Of a stretch of 63,117 bases of DNA, positions 63,039 through 63,117 are shown piece after piece (the stretch's first letter is position 1; each line of letters opens with the position of its first letter). The stretch spans positions 1 through 63,117 of the forward strand of contig JANTGZ010000002.1 in NCBI GenBank assembly GCA_024762675.1, in the 5' to 3' direction. The stretch comes from Thermodesulfobacteriota bacterium. Lineage in GTDB: Bacteria > Desulfobacterota > Anaeroferrophillalia > Anaeroferrophillales > Tharpellaceae. The position numbers and the translations under genes are program-made. Below the pieces are notes generated by a model that was given only the letters and a program-made list of their open reading frames with translations, was not told the DNA's origin and did not search any database.

Positions 63039-63058
63039 ATTCCGGCAAAAGCCGGAAT
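63039..63058 (-). terminator. Short hairpin after a truncated upstream gene
   Basis: ATTCCGGC aaaa GCCGGAAT, an 8-bp stem. It follows a minus-strand reading frame that enters from the window edge and stops at 63079-63081. There is no clear T-run. Confidence 0.3.
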
Positions 63059-63117
63059 CCAGTGATTTCAATACCTCTTTATTTGCCACAGAATTCGGGC
63101 TTCTCTTTTTTCAGAAA

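Noticed and set aside
63079-63117. Partial minus-strand reading frame at the window edge (...FLKKEKPEFCGK stop)
   Set aside because: Only 12 codons are visible, so it cannot be identified or confirmed as coding.

Overview
This window looks like a chromosomal segment from a Desulfuromonadales/Geobacter-type deltaproteobacterium; that placement is inferred from gene content only.

Layout:
- 1-2.9 kb: a truncated NAD+-ligase gene, a periplasmic-binding-protein gene and rsmE.
- 3.0-20.2 kb: an almost complete dcw cell-division/cell-wall cluster, mraZ to ftsZ. It has a recognisable MraZ operator, lacks murE, and carries an inserted BON-lipoprotein gene.
- 20.3-35.5 kb: an accessory-looking stretch with a stand-alone HD-GYP protein, an orphan umuD-like gene, and an OMP / giant four-rhodanese protein / polytopic membrane protein operon. 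It also holds a tail-fibre-like S74 protein, a ParE/RelE toxin-antitoxin (TA) pair, a second secreted rhodanese, a CCG Fe-S protein and a processive GT2 synthase.
- 35.6-42.0 kb: a porin / dodecahaem / very large cytochrome operon.
- 42.4-49.1 kb: an uncharacterised minus-strand module.
- 49.4-63.1 kb: ordinary genes, namely HPt, TRAP transporter, PaaK-like ligase, tautomerase, AsmA, yebG, modABC and rfbBA.

Four things stand out:
1. The 43.0-49.1 kb operon combines a HEAT-repeat protein, a lid-less Hsp70 paralogue with degenerate ATP-binding loops, a Ycf46-type AAA+ ATPase and DUF1257/DUF2997-like small proteins. I know of no described system with this composition.
2. The large cytochrome is one reading frame interrupted by a single in-frame UGA. 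A SECIS-like hairpin follows it at the canonical spacing, making it a candidate selenocysteine or read-through site.
3. The 27.3-30.8 kb islet carries two families of structured non-coding repeats. One is a tandem/dispersed ~154-bp unit with covarying hairpins. The other is two ~110-nt terminator-ending RNAs with partial resemblance to GEMM-I riboswitches.
4. ModA appears circularly permuted.

I recognised no rRNA, tRNA, CRISPR array, IS element or prophage. All protein calls rest on motif recognition by eye in the supplied translations; no database search was run.
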